From: an uncultured virus (IMG/VR IMGVR_UViG_3300021425_000028)
Taxonomy: Duplodnaviria > Heunggongvirae > Uroviricota > Caudoviricetes
Length of the DNA stretch: 64,000 nt
Strand: one strand, 5' to 3'
Virus record (IMG/VR): IMGVR_UViG_3300021425_000028
The translations under genes and the position numbers were made by a program. Every line of letters starts with the position of its first letter. Position 1 is the first letter of the stretch. Shown here one piece after another: positions 10,684 to 19,080 of this stretch. The notes under the pieces are model-generated. The model was not told where the DNA came from, ran no database searches, and was given only the letters and a program-made list of their open reading frames with translations.

Positions 10684-11097
10684 CTACTTTTTACCTCCGT
10701 GTATCTTCGATAATTGGTATTTCTTTGAAAGTTCTGGATTGCGTTCTAGCTCCAGGTTGTGATTGTTACAGCATGGCGCAAAGTATCGTGTGTCGATCAG
10801 TAGTGGAATATTATTGTTTCTAGCCCACTCATCAGCAAATCCCTTACGCCCTTTTCTGTGTTCTATGGAATTAGCCGGGGCATTACATCCAGCAATAAAA
10901 CACCTCTGATTTTCATCCCTAGATAGAAACTCTTTTCTGATCTTGGAATATTGAGCCTCAAGCTTCGCTCTTTTTTTTGAGTAGAAGTTAATCTTAGATG
11001 ATTTCTTTTTAATAGCCGTTCTTTTGAGTGGCTTCTTAGGTTTATGTCTCCAGCACCTATTGCTATTTGCTTTTATTCCACATATTTCACAATTCAT
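10684..11097 (-). CDS. HNH-like nuclease
   Basis: C-x4-C, E-H-R-K-G-R and C-x-x-H-N motifs. Confidence 0.55.
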   Translation of the reverse strand: MNCEICGIKANSNRCWRHKPKKPLKRTAIKKKSSKINFYSKKRAKLEAQYSKIRKEFLSRDENQRCFIAGCNAPANSIEHRKGRKGFADEWARNNNIPLLIDTRYFAPCCNNHNLELERNPELSKKYQLSKIHGGKK

Positions 11098-11153
11098 AAT
11101 TTTAAATCGGCAAGATTGCTCTTTTTAAATGTTATGTACTAAATTGACCATAA

Positions 11154-11564
11154 TTAAATATTTTCTTTACCCACGCTCTCAAAATAGAAAGTTCCGCTAA
11201 ATGGCTTTGTTGGTGTAATTCCAAAGTATGAAGCCACTTTATTAAGGTATTCCTTTTTCCGTTTAGATTTCTCGGTTCTCGGATTCTTTGGCTTGTCTAA
11301 TCTTTCATGTAGACCTCCTAAAAACCACGTTCTAAATGTTTCCAAATCTAACGAACCCTTGTAGTGGTTAATTATTTTTTGCACAGGCACTAGGTTTTCA
11401 TCACAATGAGCGTTTGGAAACATAGATGTTCCATCAAACCAATTGCGAATAAGTGGCTTGATATGTTCAACTTGCCAATCATCTTCAAGCGGTGTTCCTG
11501 AATATGCGCAAAGCCCGTTGAATTTTTGTTTGATTTCTAGTCTTTTCTTTTTACTGATATACAT
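11154..11564 (-). CDS. HNH endonuclease
   Basis: CAYSG..WQVEHIKP..NLVP..INHYK. Confidence 0.75.
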   Translation of the reverse strand: MYISKKKRLEIKQKFNGLCAYSGTPLEDDWQVEHIKPLIRNWFDGTSMFPNAHCDENLVPVQKIINHYKGSLDLETFRTWFLGGLHERLDKPKNPRTEKSKRKKEYLNKVASYFGITPTKPFSGTFYFESVGKENI

Positions 11565-11670
11565 ATCGGGTACTTTAAACTCATGTAATTATCAATTGCA
11601 TCAATCGCTTGATCTATTCCAACAGTAAATTGAGCTTTATATCCTTTTGTAATGATTCTTCTTTTCCCAT
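11536..11670 (-). pseudogene. Internally deleted VRR-NUC gene remnant
   Basis: MGKEESLQ joined out of frame to KGYKAQFTVGIDQAIDAIDNYM; both ends resemble the intact gene at 20392-20772. Confidence 0.55.
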
Positions 11671-11676
11671 AATTCA

Positions 11677-11925
11677 CTAAAGTAACATATTCACCTTTAC
11701 CGTTTCCATCTTTTTAAGAGATCGCCTCGAAAGTCTAAACGATGTGCCAGGCAACCGCTTTACTATCTGATCGCGATAAACTTCTTTTACAAGCACTTTT
11801 GCAGTAAATAAATTGTCGTTGCTCCAGATATATGTGCCATCTGAACAAATGAACAAGTTTCTACCGTGCCATTTTGCAATTGCAACGCCTGTTTTGTTGA
11901 ATCCAATGTATTGATTTTCAGTCAT
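11677..11925 (-). CDS. Hypothetical protein
   Basis: ORF co-oriented with its neighbours. Confidence 0.5.
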   Translation of the reverse strand: MTENQYIGFNKTGVAIAKWHGRNLFICSDGTYIWSNDNLFTAKVLVKEVYRDQIVKRLPGTSFRLSRRSLKKMETVKVNMLL

Positions 11926-11964
11926 AATTTGAACAAATTGAATATAGCCAATTGTTGTGCGTAA

Positions 11965-12063
11965 TTAAACCCACTCCGTTGAACCAACTATGCAAAAATC
12001 ATCTCCTACAACCGTGTCATACAATGAAAACTCCTTTTCTTCAATCGGGTCTTCCCCTTCAAC
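11965..12063 (-). pseudogene. 3' part of phage gene split by the IS1595 element
   Basis: Removing the element and one TSD fuses ...NNDY to VEGEDPIEEKEFSLYDTVVGDDFCIVGSTEWV* in frame. Confidence 0.85.
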
Positions 12064-12439
12064 GGGAACTATATACAACTTGGGACAAAACCTACTACTT
12101 TTTTTTTGTAGTGTGGATTTCGGTTAAAAATTCATTTCAAGAAGGTCGGAACTTCTTACGCTTTATACACGGAGCGAAATCACTCAAAATGAGATAACCT
12201 ATTCAATGAACGACTGAGGGTAAAGTTGCTTGCGTATTGCTTCCACCGCGAACGCCACTTTGTACGGACTGTTACCGACCCTCTTTACTCTTCTCTTTAG
12301 TCTCGCTTACTGAGGCTTTTAAAACCCCGTCTAGCGTGCCGTCAATAATGAGCTTGTCCTCGTACTTCTCAGCACGAGGCTTCTTTTCATCTTTCTTCTT
12401 TTCTGACATATCCCAAAGATAATAAAGTCATATGCTTAT

Positions 12440-12832
12440 TTACTCTACGGACTCAAATTCTACATAAATAATATCACTAAAACCTACGGTTTTAATGTCT
12501 ACCCATAAATGATCTTTTTCCAGTCTTTTTATCTCCCAAATTTCTACAGCCCCATAATCGTAATCTAGTCGCATTGATTCTTTTCCGTCTTCAAAATCCC
12601 AATCACCACCATATATAGTGCCATTGGCAATTCCCGCAAACTCATCATACGAGAACATAATCTCCATGTCTGGATAAATGACTGACCCATTAAATATTGC
12701 TTTTTCAGCACGCCACTCTTGAGCCAGTCTATCTCTCTTTGAGGTTAATTGTATCCCTTCATTATCCTCGTATTTACTGCACGAAGTAAGAATAAGAGCG
12801 CAAGAAATAAGGAGAAAAATTAGTTTTTTCAT
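12440..12832 (-). CDS. Lipocalin-like lipoprotein (IS passenger)
   Basis: Lipobox LTSC; W-x-x-E-K and G-x-W-x-F beta-barrel motifs. Confidence 0.65.
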   Translation of the reverse strand: MKKLIFLLISCALILTSCSKYEDNEGIQLTSKRDRLAQEWRAEKAIFNGSVIYPDMEIMFSYDEFAGIANGTIYGGDWDFEDGKESMRLDYDYGAVEIWEIKRLEKDHLWVDIKTVGFSDIIYVEFESVE

Positions 12833-12920
12833 GGTAATAAATTTTAGTGTTGTTTAATTCTAAAGCAAGTATAACGAATCCGTTATAGTCTCAGAGCTTA
12901 TAAAGAACAATTTTTAGCAG

Positions 12921-13145
12921 ATGGATCGTAAAGACCAATTGCTTCGCATAGGAAAACGCGTAAAATTTATTCGTGAAACAAAAGGGCTTTCTCAGACTCA
13001 GCTTGCTAACAACATAGGCAAGGATCAGCCATCAATTAATCGACTTGAAAAAGGCAATGTAAACCCTAGCTATCTTTATATACTTGAAGTATGTGAAGGG
13101 CTTGAGATAACCATTGCTGAGTTTTTTAATGAAACCTTGGAATAA
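12921..13145 (+). CDS. XRE-family HTH regulator (IS passenger)
   Basis: R-x-x-K-G-L-S-Q-x-Q-L-A..I-N-R-L-E-K-G-x-x-N-P-S. Confidence 0.9.
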   Translation: MDRKDQLLRIGKRVKFIRETKGLSQTQLANNIGKDQPSINRLEKGNVNPSYLYILEVCEGLEITIAEFFNETLE

Positions 13146-13206
13146 CAATTTCACCAAGGTTTTGCTGTAGTAATATTTACATTATACTTCTTAGAAACAC
13201 ATAGTC

Positions 13207-13374
13207 ATGAACAATATAGAATATACTTCCGAATCTTTAGTAGGCTACGCCCCTGAACATTTAACAGACAAGATAAATGAGATGGCGGCACAGGGATGGG
13301 AGCCGATTTCACATGCCTATTATACGCTCAATAACAGCGTACATGGAACAATCTTATTTAAACGGATGTCTTAG
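13207..13374 (+). CDS. Small DUF4177-like protein (not in ORF track)
   Basis: 55 aa with INEMAAQGWE..ILFKR. Confidence 0.55.
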   Translation: MNNIEYTSESLVGYAPEHLTDKINEMAAQGWEPISHAYYTLNNSVHGTILFKRMS

Positions 13375-13757
13375 TCGATTCTTAAAAAAGATTTTTCACT
13401 TCTCTTACAGTTGAGAGAGTTAATAATCATTGACGCCTCATGGTAGCTATATCTTGATATTTCGGCAAGCATCTTATCAGATACTTCATCTATTTCTTTG
13501 GTTGTTATTATTTTATCGCACATAATGATTTTATTAAATTACCCATGTGGGTAAAAATACTAATATTTTTAGTAACCTATGTTACTTAGAGATAATATTC
13601 TAAATTAAGAAATCAAATGCTATTTTAGTTGCGTGAAGCTCGGAGACTACATAGACGATCTTGCTAACCTCTTCTTTCCTAATGAGGGGCTTAATAATTG
13701 GCAAAGAGCCTTTTTCGTTGCAGTGATTGCATTATTGTTTTGGTTCTTATTATTTAG

Positions 13758-14501
13758 ATGAAGAAGATTATTCATCATATATATTGCGATGAAAGTAGGC
13801 AGTCTAAAGATCGATATATGATACTAGGAGGAATAATTATTCCGAATGGTAACGTAAACGTGTTTATAGAGACAATGCAGCTTTACAGGGTGAAGCACAA
13901 CATGAGATCAGAATTAAAATGGTCTAAAGTAAAGCATCAAAAACTGGATGAATACAAAGCTTTTGTTGATTATTTTTTCGCATTAGTCAATTCGGATAAA
14001 ATACATTTTAAGTCTGTGATTTTTGACAATCACACAGTAGACCATAAAAAATATAGTGGAGGAGATAAGGAAAAAGGATTTTACAAGTTTTACTATCAAC
14101 TTTTATTCAATTGTTTTGGCCGACAGTATTATAGCTCCGAAACAAATGAAAAGTTCATAGTTCACCCCGACCAAAGACAATCAAGTTATGGTTTAGATGA
14201 GCTTAAAACAGTTCTAAATAATGGAATGAGAAAAAAATTTAAAACATCAGACTCGCCATTTATTAGCATTGAACCAGTAAATTCTAAAAATTCAGAAATA
14301 GTTCAAATTAACGATATAATAATCGGTGCGATTGGTTTTGTAAAAAACGGATACCATCTTTTATCAGCCTCTAATAAAGGAAAAGTTGAATTATCAAAAT
14401 ACATTGAATCTAAGGCTGGACTAATGGATTTAGGATCTAATACAAGATATGGAATGAATCGCTTTTCTGTTTGGAATTTCAACCTTCAAGCAAAAAAATA
14501 A
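13758..14501 (+). CDS. DUF3800-family protein (RNase H-like fold)
   Basis: I-Y-C-D-E-S, E-L-K-W-S-K and S-x-x-V-Q-I-N-D-I-I-I-G-A-I motifs. Confidence 0.8.
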   Translation: MKKIIHHIYCDESRQSKDRYMILGGIIIPNGNVNVFIETMQLYRVKHNMRSELKWSKVKHQKLDEYKAFVDYFFALVNSDKIHFKSVIFDNHTVDHKKYSGGDKEKGFYKFYYQLLFNCFGRQYYSSETNEKFIVHPDQRQSSYGLDELKTVLNNGMRKKFKTSDSPFISIEPVNSKNSEIVQINDIIIGAIGFVKNGYHLLSASNKGKVELSKYIESKAGLMDLGSNTRYGMNRFSVWNFNLQAKK

Positions 14502-14587
14502 ATCGCCTAACATCCTATGCTAAAAAGCTACCAAGTTAAGGTTTCCCACATTTAAACGTGGGTTTTCAGATTGTCATGACGATTTAT
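14498..14587 (-). ncRNA. Putative DUF3800-associated small structured RNA
   Basis: TACATTTG promoter at 14594-14601 (-), long closing stem with G-U pairs, internal hairpins, T tail. Confidence 0.55.
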
Positions 14588-14712
14588 CTAAATCAAATGT
14601 AATATTAGAATTAAATCTAATTGTCACACAAAAGTCATATGACTAACTATCAGTTGTCAAAATCAAAGATAAAGATATTAGTTTACTAATAATATTAGCA
14701 TCGCATTTCTTT

Positions 14713-15648
14713 TTAAGAAATCAAATCAGAATATCTCAATCTACTCTCACTCTGAGCTAAGAACCTTTGAAACTTCTCTTCATTCCCGTTATGTCGGTTG
14801 TTATACCGTGCTGCAAACTCATTCAAGTAAGCCTCAATATGCTTATCGCTTACTTGGTGATATATTCCATAGATACCACGCTTTAGGGTAGCCCAAAAGC
14901 TCTCTATTGTGTTGGAGTGAGCATCTCCAACAACGTAAACCTGTGCCGAGTGGTTCATTGCCTCGTGATCGAATTTATTACTCAACTTGTGGTAATACTT
15001 GCTTTCGTCAGTGTAAATCTTTGAACCGTTTGGAACGTGAGTTTTAATAAACTCTTCCATACCTTTCTGAGTAGCGTTAGGAAGATACTTCAAAACAACG
15101 TTTCCGCTTCTCTCAACAATTCCTATTACTGTTTTCTTAGGTTGGTAAGGAGTACCATCATTTTTAAGCTCTCTACCCTCAAGAGAACGTCTTTTAGAAA
15201 AGTGCTTGTTCTTTTCTTTGCCTCCTACGTATGATTCATCCACTTCAACAGGGTTATTCTCTCCCAACATTGCAGGAGACTTTTCCTTTAGCATTTCACG
15301 AACTCTGTGAAGAATGAACCATGCTGTTTTCTGAGTTACGTCTAATTGATCTGCAAGCTGAACAGAGCTAACGCCTTTCTTGCTTGTAGTGCAAAGGAAA
15401 ATCGCAGCGAACCAAGTTCTAAGCTTAATGTTTGAGTTTTCAAAGATTGTCTTAGTCTTAACGTTGAACTTCTTGTAGCACTCGTTATTAGAACACTTAT
15501 AACCTCTTGTCGTCTTGTAAGGCTTCTTACTGCTTTCGCAATGAGGGCAAACAGGCTCACCAGCCCAACGAATATTCTCGTAGTACTCGATGCAAGTCTC
15601 TTCGTCTTTGAAGAAGTCTAAAAGCTGTGTTATTGATTTGAAGTTCAT
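14713..15648 (-). CDS. IS1595-family DDE transposase
   Basis: Zn ribbon CPHC..C..C, HTH (TQKTAWFILHRVR), VEVDESYVGG, IYTDE, HSNTIESFW..KRG, YLNEF..RYN. Confidence 0.95.
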   Translation of the reverse strand: MNFKSITQLLDFFKDEETCIEYYENIRWAGEPVCPHCESSKKPYKTTRGYKCSNNECYKKFNVKTKTIFENSNIKLRTWFAAIFLCTTSKKGVSSVQLADQLDVTQKTAWFILHRVREMLKEKSPAMLGENNPVEVDESYVGGKEKNKHFSKRRSLEGRELKNDGTPYQPKKTVIGIVERSGNVVLKYLPNATQKGMEEFIKTHVPNGSKIYTDESKYYHKLSNKFDHEAMNHSAQVYVVGDAHSNTIESFWATLKRGIYGIYHQVSDKHIEAYLNEFAARYNNRHNGNEEKFQRFLAQSESRLRYSDLIS

Positions 15649-15729
15649 AGTTCCTTTTCTTTTGATACATCAAATATACACTTTGTCCCATATACTACCT
15701 AATTTTTATTGTAGAAACTTAAAATATCT

Positions 15730-16203
15730 TTGAGTATGGATGCAGAAAAACTTCAAGAGTTAGCTAAAAATATCTTATATCCAGATCACGGGCTTTCAAA
15801 CACAATGATTATTCATACTTATTGCGAATCTCAGATTGACGACATAATAAATAAAAGCTGCCAAAGACCAGCTCTTATTCTAAAATGGACGTATAGATAT
15901 AAGCTTGAGTTTATTTACTCAACAGGACTAATAACAGAGCCTTTATATTATAATCTTACTCAGCTAGGAGCAATTAGAAATAAATACGCTCACAACACAA
16001 ACTTTGATATAGGATCATATCAAAATCTAACATTTAAAAATCGCGAAGGTCAATCTATTAATGTAAGACATCTTTTCGCAATGCTTACAGTTGCTGTTGA
16101 AAAGCATTTGATAATGAGTAGTCTAGAGCAAATACTAGCCTACACTCTTTACGGTTTAATGTTCGGTTATAAACCGACAGCCCAAGGAGACGCGCCATTC
16201 TAA
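15730..16203 (+). CDS. HEPN-like (MtlR-type) protein (IS passenger)
   Basis: Helical; H-x3-E near N-terminus; R-N-K-Y-A-H (Rx4H) motif. Confidence 0.6.
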   Translation: MSMDAEKLQELAKNILYPDHGLSNTMIIHTYCESQIDDIINKSCQRPALILKWTYRYKLEFIYSTGLITEPLYYNLTQLGAIRNKYAHNTNFDIGSYQNLTFKNREGQSINVRHLFAMLTVAVEKHLIMSSLEQILAYTLYGLMFGYKPTAQGDAPF

Positions 16204-16232
16204 AATAACGCAATCTCCTTTGCTGTACCCTG

Positions 16233-16304
16233 TAGCGATGGTGAGAATCGAACTCACATAAACAGCCTTATGAGAGCTGCTTGAAAACCAATATTCGCAT
16301 CGCT
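16233..16304 (-). tRNA. tRNA with CAU anticodon (Met or Ile2), inside the transposon
   Basis: Acceptor AGCGATG/CATCGCT, anticodon arm CAGCT-CTCATAA-GGCTG, T-arm GTGAG-TTCGATT-CTCAC; weak D-arm. Confidence 0.8.
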
Positions 16305-16346
16305 ATATGTATGTTTAACACTTTTATTAAGTAGCAAGTAATTGAA

Positions 16347-16979
16347 ATGCAAGACATCAACCACACCCCCCTCTCTGTAAAGGTTCTTGTAGAACTTTTG
16401 AATAAAGGAAAAGGAAACCCTGAGCCTATTCTTTTAAACGAGTTTTTCCTAAAAGAAAAGGTATCTGTACCCGTTGCTAAACAAGTGTTATTAGACTTAA
16501 TAAAGAATGAGTATGTAACATTCAAAGATTGGTCGATAAAGGATGCTATAGATCAAATCAATCGAAGGCTATCAGACGATCTATTAGGTATTGACGAAGC
16601 AGATAAAGAAAAAGGAAGGTTATACACTCGATTTTCGGCCGACATGACTACACCCCCCAATATTTATCCATTACCATTTAGGATAACTGTAAAAGGAATT
16701 GCTTTCATAGTTAAGTTTCAAGAAACAAAGAACAACACTGACTTAATTAACAAACAAAGACGTTACATAGTAATACTTCCCATTCTCACATTAGTAGCCA
16801 CCTTGTCAATACCACCCTTAATGGAATACCTATCAAGAGACCAATCGCACAAGAAATCGGAAATGTTACCAACCAATACTTCCACCCATCAACCCAACCA
16901 TTATCAAACAAGTAATTCCAAAATCTGTCCCACGGATTCGTCCAATAACGATACACTACCCGATTCGCCTTCTCTATAA
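16347..16979 (+). CDS. Membrane-anchored hypothetical protein (IS passenger)
   Basis: wHTH-like I-T-x-K-G motif followed by a single TM segment. Confidence 0.5.
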   Translation: MQDINHTPLSVKVLVELLNKGKGNPEPILLNEFFLKEKVSVPVAKQVLLDLIKNEYVTFKDWSIKDAIDQINRRLSDDLLGIDEADKEKGRLYTRFSADMTTPPNIYPLPFRITVKGIAFIVKFQETKNNTDLINKQRRYIVILPILTLVATLSIPPLMEYLSRDQSHKKSEMLPTNTSTHQPNHYQTSNSKICPTDSSNNDTLPDSPSL

Positions 16980-17048
16980 TCTCAACACAACTCATCTACC
17001 CCCCCTTCTTTTCGACTGAGAACTTGTCCCAAGTTGTATATAGTTCCC

Positions 17049-17227
17049 CCTTCAACGTAATCGTTATTTTTAAGCATTATGGTTTTAGCTTCTTCATCCG
17101 TTATTTCTTCAACTTCTTCAATGTCTTGGAAGCCCTCAAATTCAGCTTCGTAAGATTGTAATAGATGAAGATGATTTTTTGCCTGTGCAAATTCTGTTCT
17201 GTCATCAAATTTTAGTCTGTAAATCAT
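17049..17227 (-). pseudogene. 5' part of phage gene split by the IS1595 element
   Basis: MIYRLKFDDRT..NNDYVEG reads into the TIR; continues at 12055 after excision. Confidence 0.85.
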
Positions 17228-17237
17228 AATTAACTGC

Positions 17238-17366
17238 GCACAACACAAAATAAAAAACAGTGGGTGTTGTGCGGCTTTTTATCCACTGTGCCTTGTAGTT
17301 AATTTAGTCCAGTTAGATAGGTCAAGACTTCCAAATCCAACCGATTTTTTATTCAAACCGTTAGTT
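17238..17366 (+). repeat. attC-like site
   Basis: GCACAAC..AATAAAAAACAGTGGG / CCAACCGATTTTTTATT..GTTAGTT; 129 nt. Confidence 0.65.
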
Positions 17367-17380
17367 GCAATAAAAATTAC

Positions 17381-17617
17381 CTACAACCGAACCGATTTTA
17401 TGGTTTTTATCCTTTCAATACATCTAGGGCAAGTTATACCCCCTCTTTCAACAGTTTTTACCTCGAACTCACATCCGCTTGCACCAAAGCCGAAGTATTC
17501 CCCTTGACAAAAAGTTGCGGAATCTCCACAAACTGTTTCAACTAAGCACCAAACTTGATTCTCTTTATCCCTTATTTCTCCATCATCAGATGAAAGTATT
17601 TTAACTAAATTGTTCAT
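17381..17617 (-). CDS. Cys-rich hypothetical protein (cassette gene)
   Basis: C-P-R-C motif; lies between attC-like sites. Confidence 0.6.
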   Translation of the reverse strand: MNNLVKILSSDDGEIRDKENQVWCLVETVCGDSATFCQGEYFGFGASGCEFEVKTVERGGITCPRCIERIKTIKSVRL

Positions 17618-17685
17618 GATCGTAATTTTTACATTTCATTCATTCGTTCCTCATTCATCAGCTAACACAGCCTATGGCATATAGG

Positions 17686-18015
17686 CTACCATTTCGTAAC
17701 CTTAGTGCCGTCTACTGTAAATCTCATTGCCTCACCTGTAATTTTTAATCTACTATCCCATTCGCCAATAAAATCATCTAAGGGCTTCAAAATATGGCTT
17801 GATTCATCTAAGTTGTCACCATCTTTCAAGGTAAAGAAGTAAGTTCCCATACCCATAACAAATTCATTTAGCTCATTGTGTTCTTGTAATATTTTACGAG
17901 CCATTTTTTCAACAACTTCTGAAGCTGTTTTTTCTGCTTTTTCGTAACAATCCGTCACAGTGCCTAACATTTTGTATAGTGCATGGCTGGTGTTATTTGA
18001 ATCTTCGTTTTTCAT
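17686..18015 (-). CDS. Hypothetical protein (cassette gene; start inside the attC-like site)
   Basis: Probable start MKNEDSNN at 18015. Confidence 0.55.
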   Translation of the reverse strand: MKNEDSNNTSHALYKMLGTVTDCYEKAEKTASEVVEKMARKILQEHNELNEFVMGMGTYFFTLKDGDNLDESSHILKPLDDFIGEWDSRLKITGEAMRFTVDGTKVTKW

Positions 18016-18090
18016 ATCTAGGTTTTTAAGTGTTTGAATCTTTGTGGCTTTTATCGGGCAGACACTACACCATACAATAGCCTTTAGCAT
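17962..18090 (+). repeat. attC-like site
   Basis: GCCTAAC..TTGTATAGTGCATGGCTG / CAGACACTACACCATACAA..(T)TTAGCAT; 129 nt. Confidence 0.65.
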
Positions 18091-18095
18091 TAATA

Positions 18096-18404
18096 CTACT
18101 TACCTAGTAGTTTAGTATGCACCAATTTTGGAAGAACAACCTCTTTCCTATCATCAGTATATGCCTCAAATGCCATTCGCTTAGTCTCTACTTGCCGGCA
18201 ATAGTCTTTTATTGCTTCATCTATCGTGCTACCATTTCCGTGTGAACCAACTAAGCAACCACCTTCCATCACTTCACCGCCTTCAAAACTTACGTAGTAT
18301 TGGCTTGTTCTAGTGTTTTTAGGTCGCTCATTCACTACCAATTCAAAGCCTATTTCTTGTTCTAAATCCAAAATTTCTTTGGTTTCAATTAAGTTAAATT
18401 TCAT
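18096..18404 (-). CDS. Hypothetical protein (cassette gene)
   Basis: ORF between attC-like sites. Confidence 0.6.
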   Translation of the reverse strand: MKFNLIETKEILDLEQEIGFELVVNERPKNTRTSQYYVSFEGGEVMEGGCLVGSHGNGSTIDEAIKDYCRQVETKRMAFEAYTDDRKEVVLPKLVHTKLLGK

Positions 18405-18440
18405 ATTTCAAATTTTTAGTTATTAAATTGTAGTACATAA

Positions 18441-18567
18441 TGCTAACAAAATGTATCATTCAGGCTTGTGCTGTCTAAGACTTACTTTGCTACTCGGTTG
18501 TGTTGGTAGTTGTTCAGAATAGACGCTATACCTCACGCAGCCCGAAATGATACAAAGGTCGTTATAC
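18441..18567 (+). repeat. attC-like site
   Basis: TGCTAAC..TGTATCATTCAGGCTTG / CAGCCCGAAATGATACA..GTTATAC; 127 nt. Confidence 0.7.
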
Positions 18568-18837
18568 TCCATTAAACATAGTGTACTTTGTTAGTTTATA
18601 AGTTACCTTATTAAGCCATTGCCATCTTGCAGGTGTCGTAAAATGTCTTTGATACCATTTTATATCGCCCATAACTTTACCGTTTACAATAAAATGCAGT
18701 TTAACTAAAGGCTTCAATACAAGCCATTTTACTGTGCTGTACCAAAACGAAAGCATAACAACGTGTAAAGAAAATTTAGGTTTCTGTTCTAACCCTAAAC
18801 GTTCAATCATATCTTCTGCTGTAATTTTATCTTCCAT
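18562..18837 (-). CDS. Hypothetical protein (cassette gene; start inside the attC-like site)
   Basis: N-terminus ..FSLHVVMLS is encoded by the attC-like arm. Confidence 0.55.
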   Translation of the reverse strand: MEDKITAEDMIERLGLEQKPKFSLHVVMLSFWYSTVKWLVLKPLVKLHFIVNGKVMGDIKWYQRHFTTPARWQWLNKVTYKLTKYTMFNGV

Positions 18838-18884
18838 AATTTTTGTATTTTAATCCTAAACTTTCCTTACACAATGCGTTGGGC
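18753..18884 (+). repeat. attC-like site
   Basis: GCATAAC..GTGTAAAGAAAATTTAGG / CCTAAACTTTCCTTACAC..GTTGGGC; 132 nt. Confidence 0.7.
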
Positions 18885-19080
18885 AGAATTGCCTTCGGCA
18901 CAAACTCTACTCATTTAATCAATTATCCTTAACCATTTAATTTGACCATGTTGATATTCAACCTCGTCATGCACGGCATCAGCCAATTGATCTTTGGTTG
19001 TAGCTCCGTCTTCAATATAAGCATCGCCATCTACTATTCTATCGTCTTTGAGCCGCGCTCTGAAATGTATTTTCATTAGA

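Larger units (their letters stand above)
12064..17048. mobile_element. IS1595-family transposon with passenger genes
   Basis: Perfect 25-bp TIRs GGGAACTATATACAACTTGGGACAA (12064-12088 and 17024-17048), 8-bp TSD CCTTCAAC (12056-12063 and 17049-17056), internal IS1595 transposase. Confidence 0.93.

Noticed and set aside
13442..13460. GGTAGCTATATCTTGA as an IS end
   Set aside because: Weak similarity, lies in a small ORF, and the true TIR/TSD pair is at 12064 and 17048.
17238..18884. CRISPR array
   Set aside because: The repeated elements share structure rather than sequence and are separated by whole genes.
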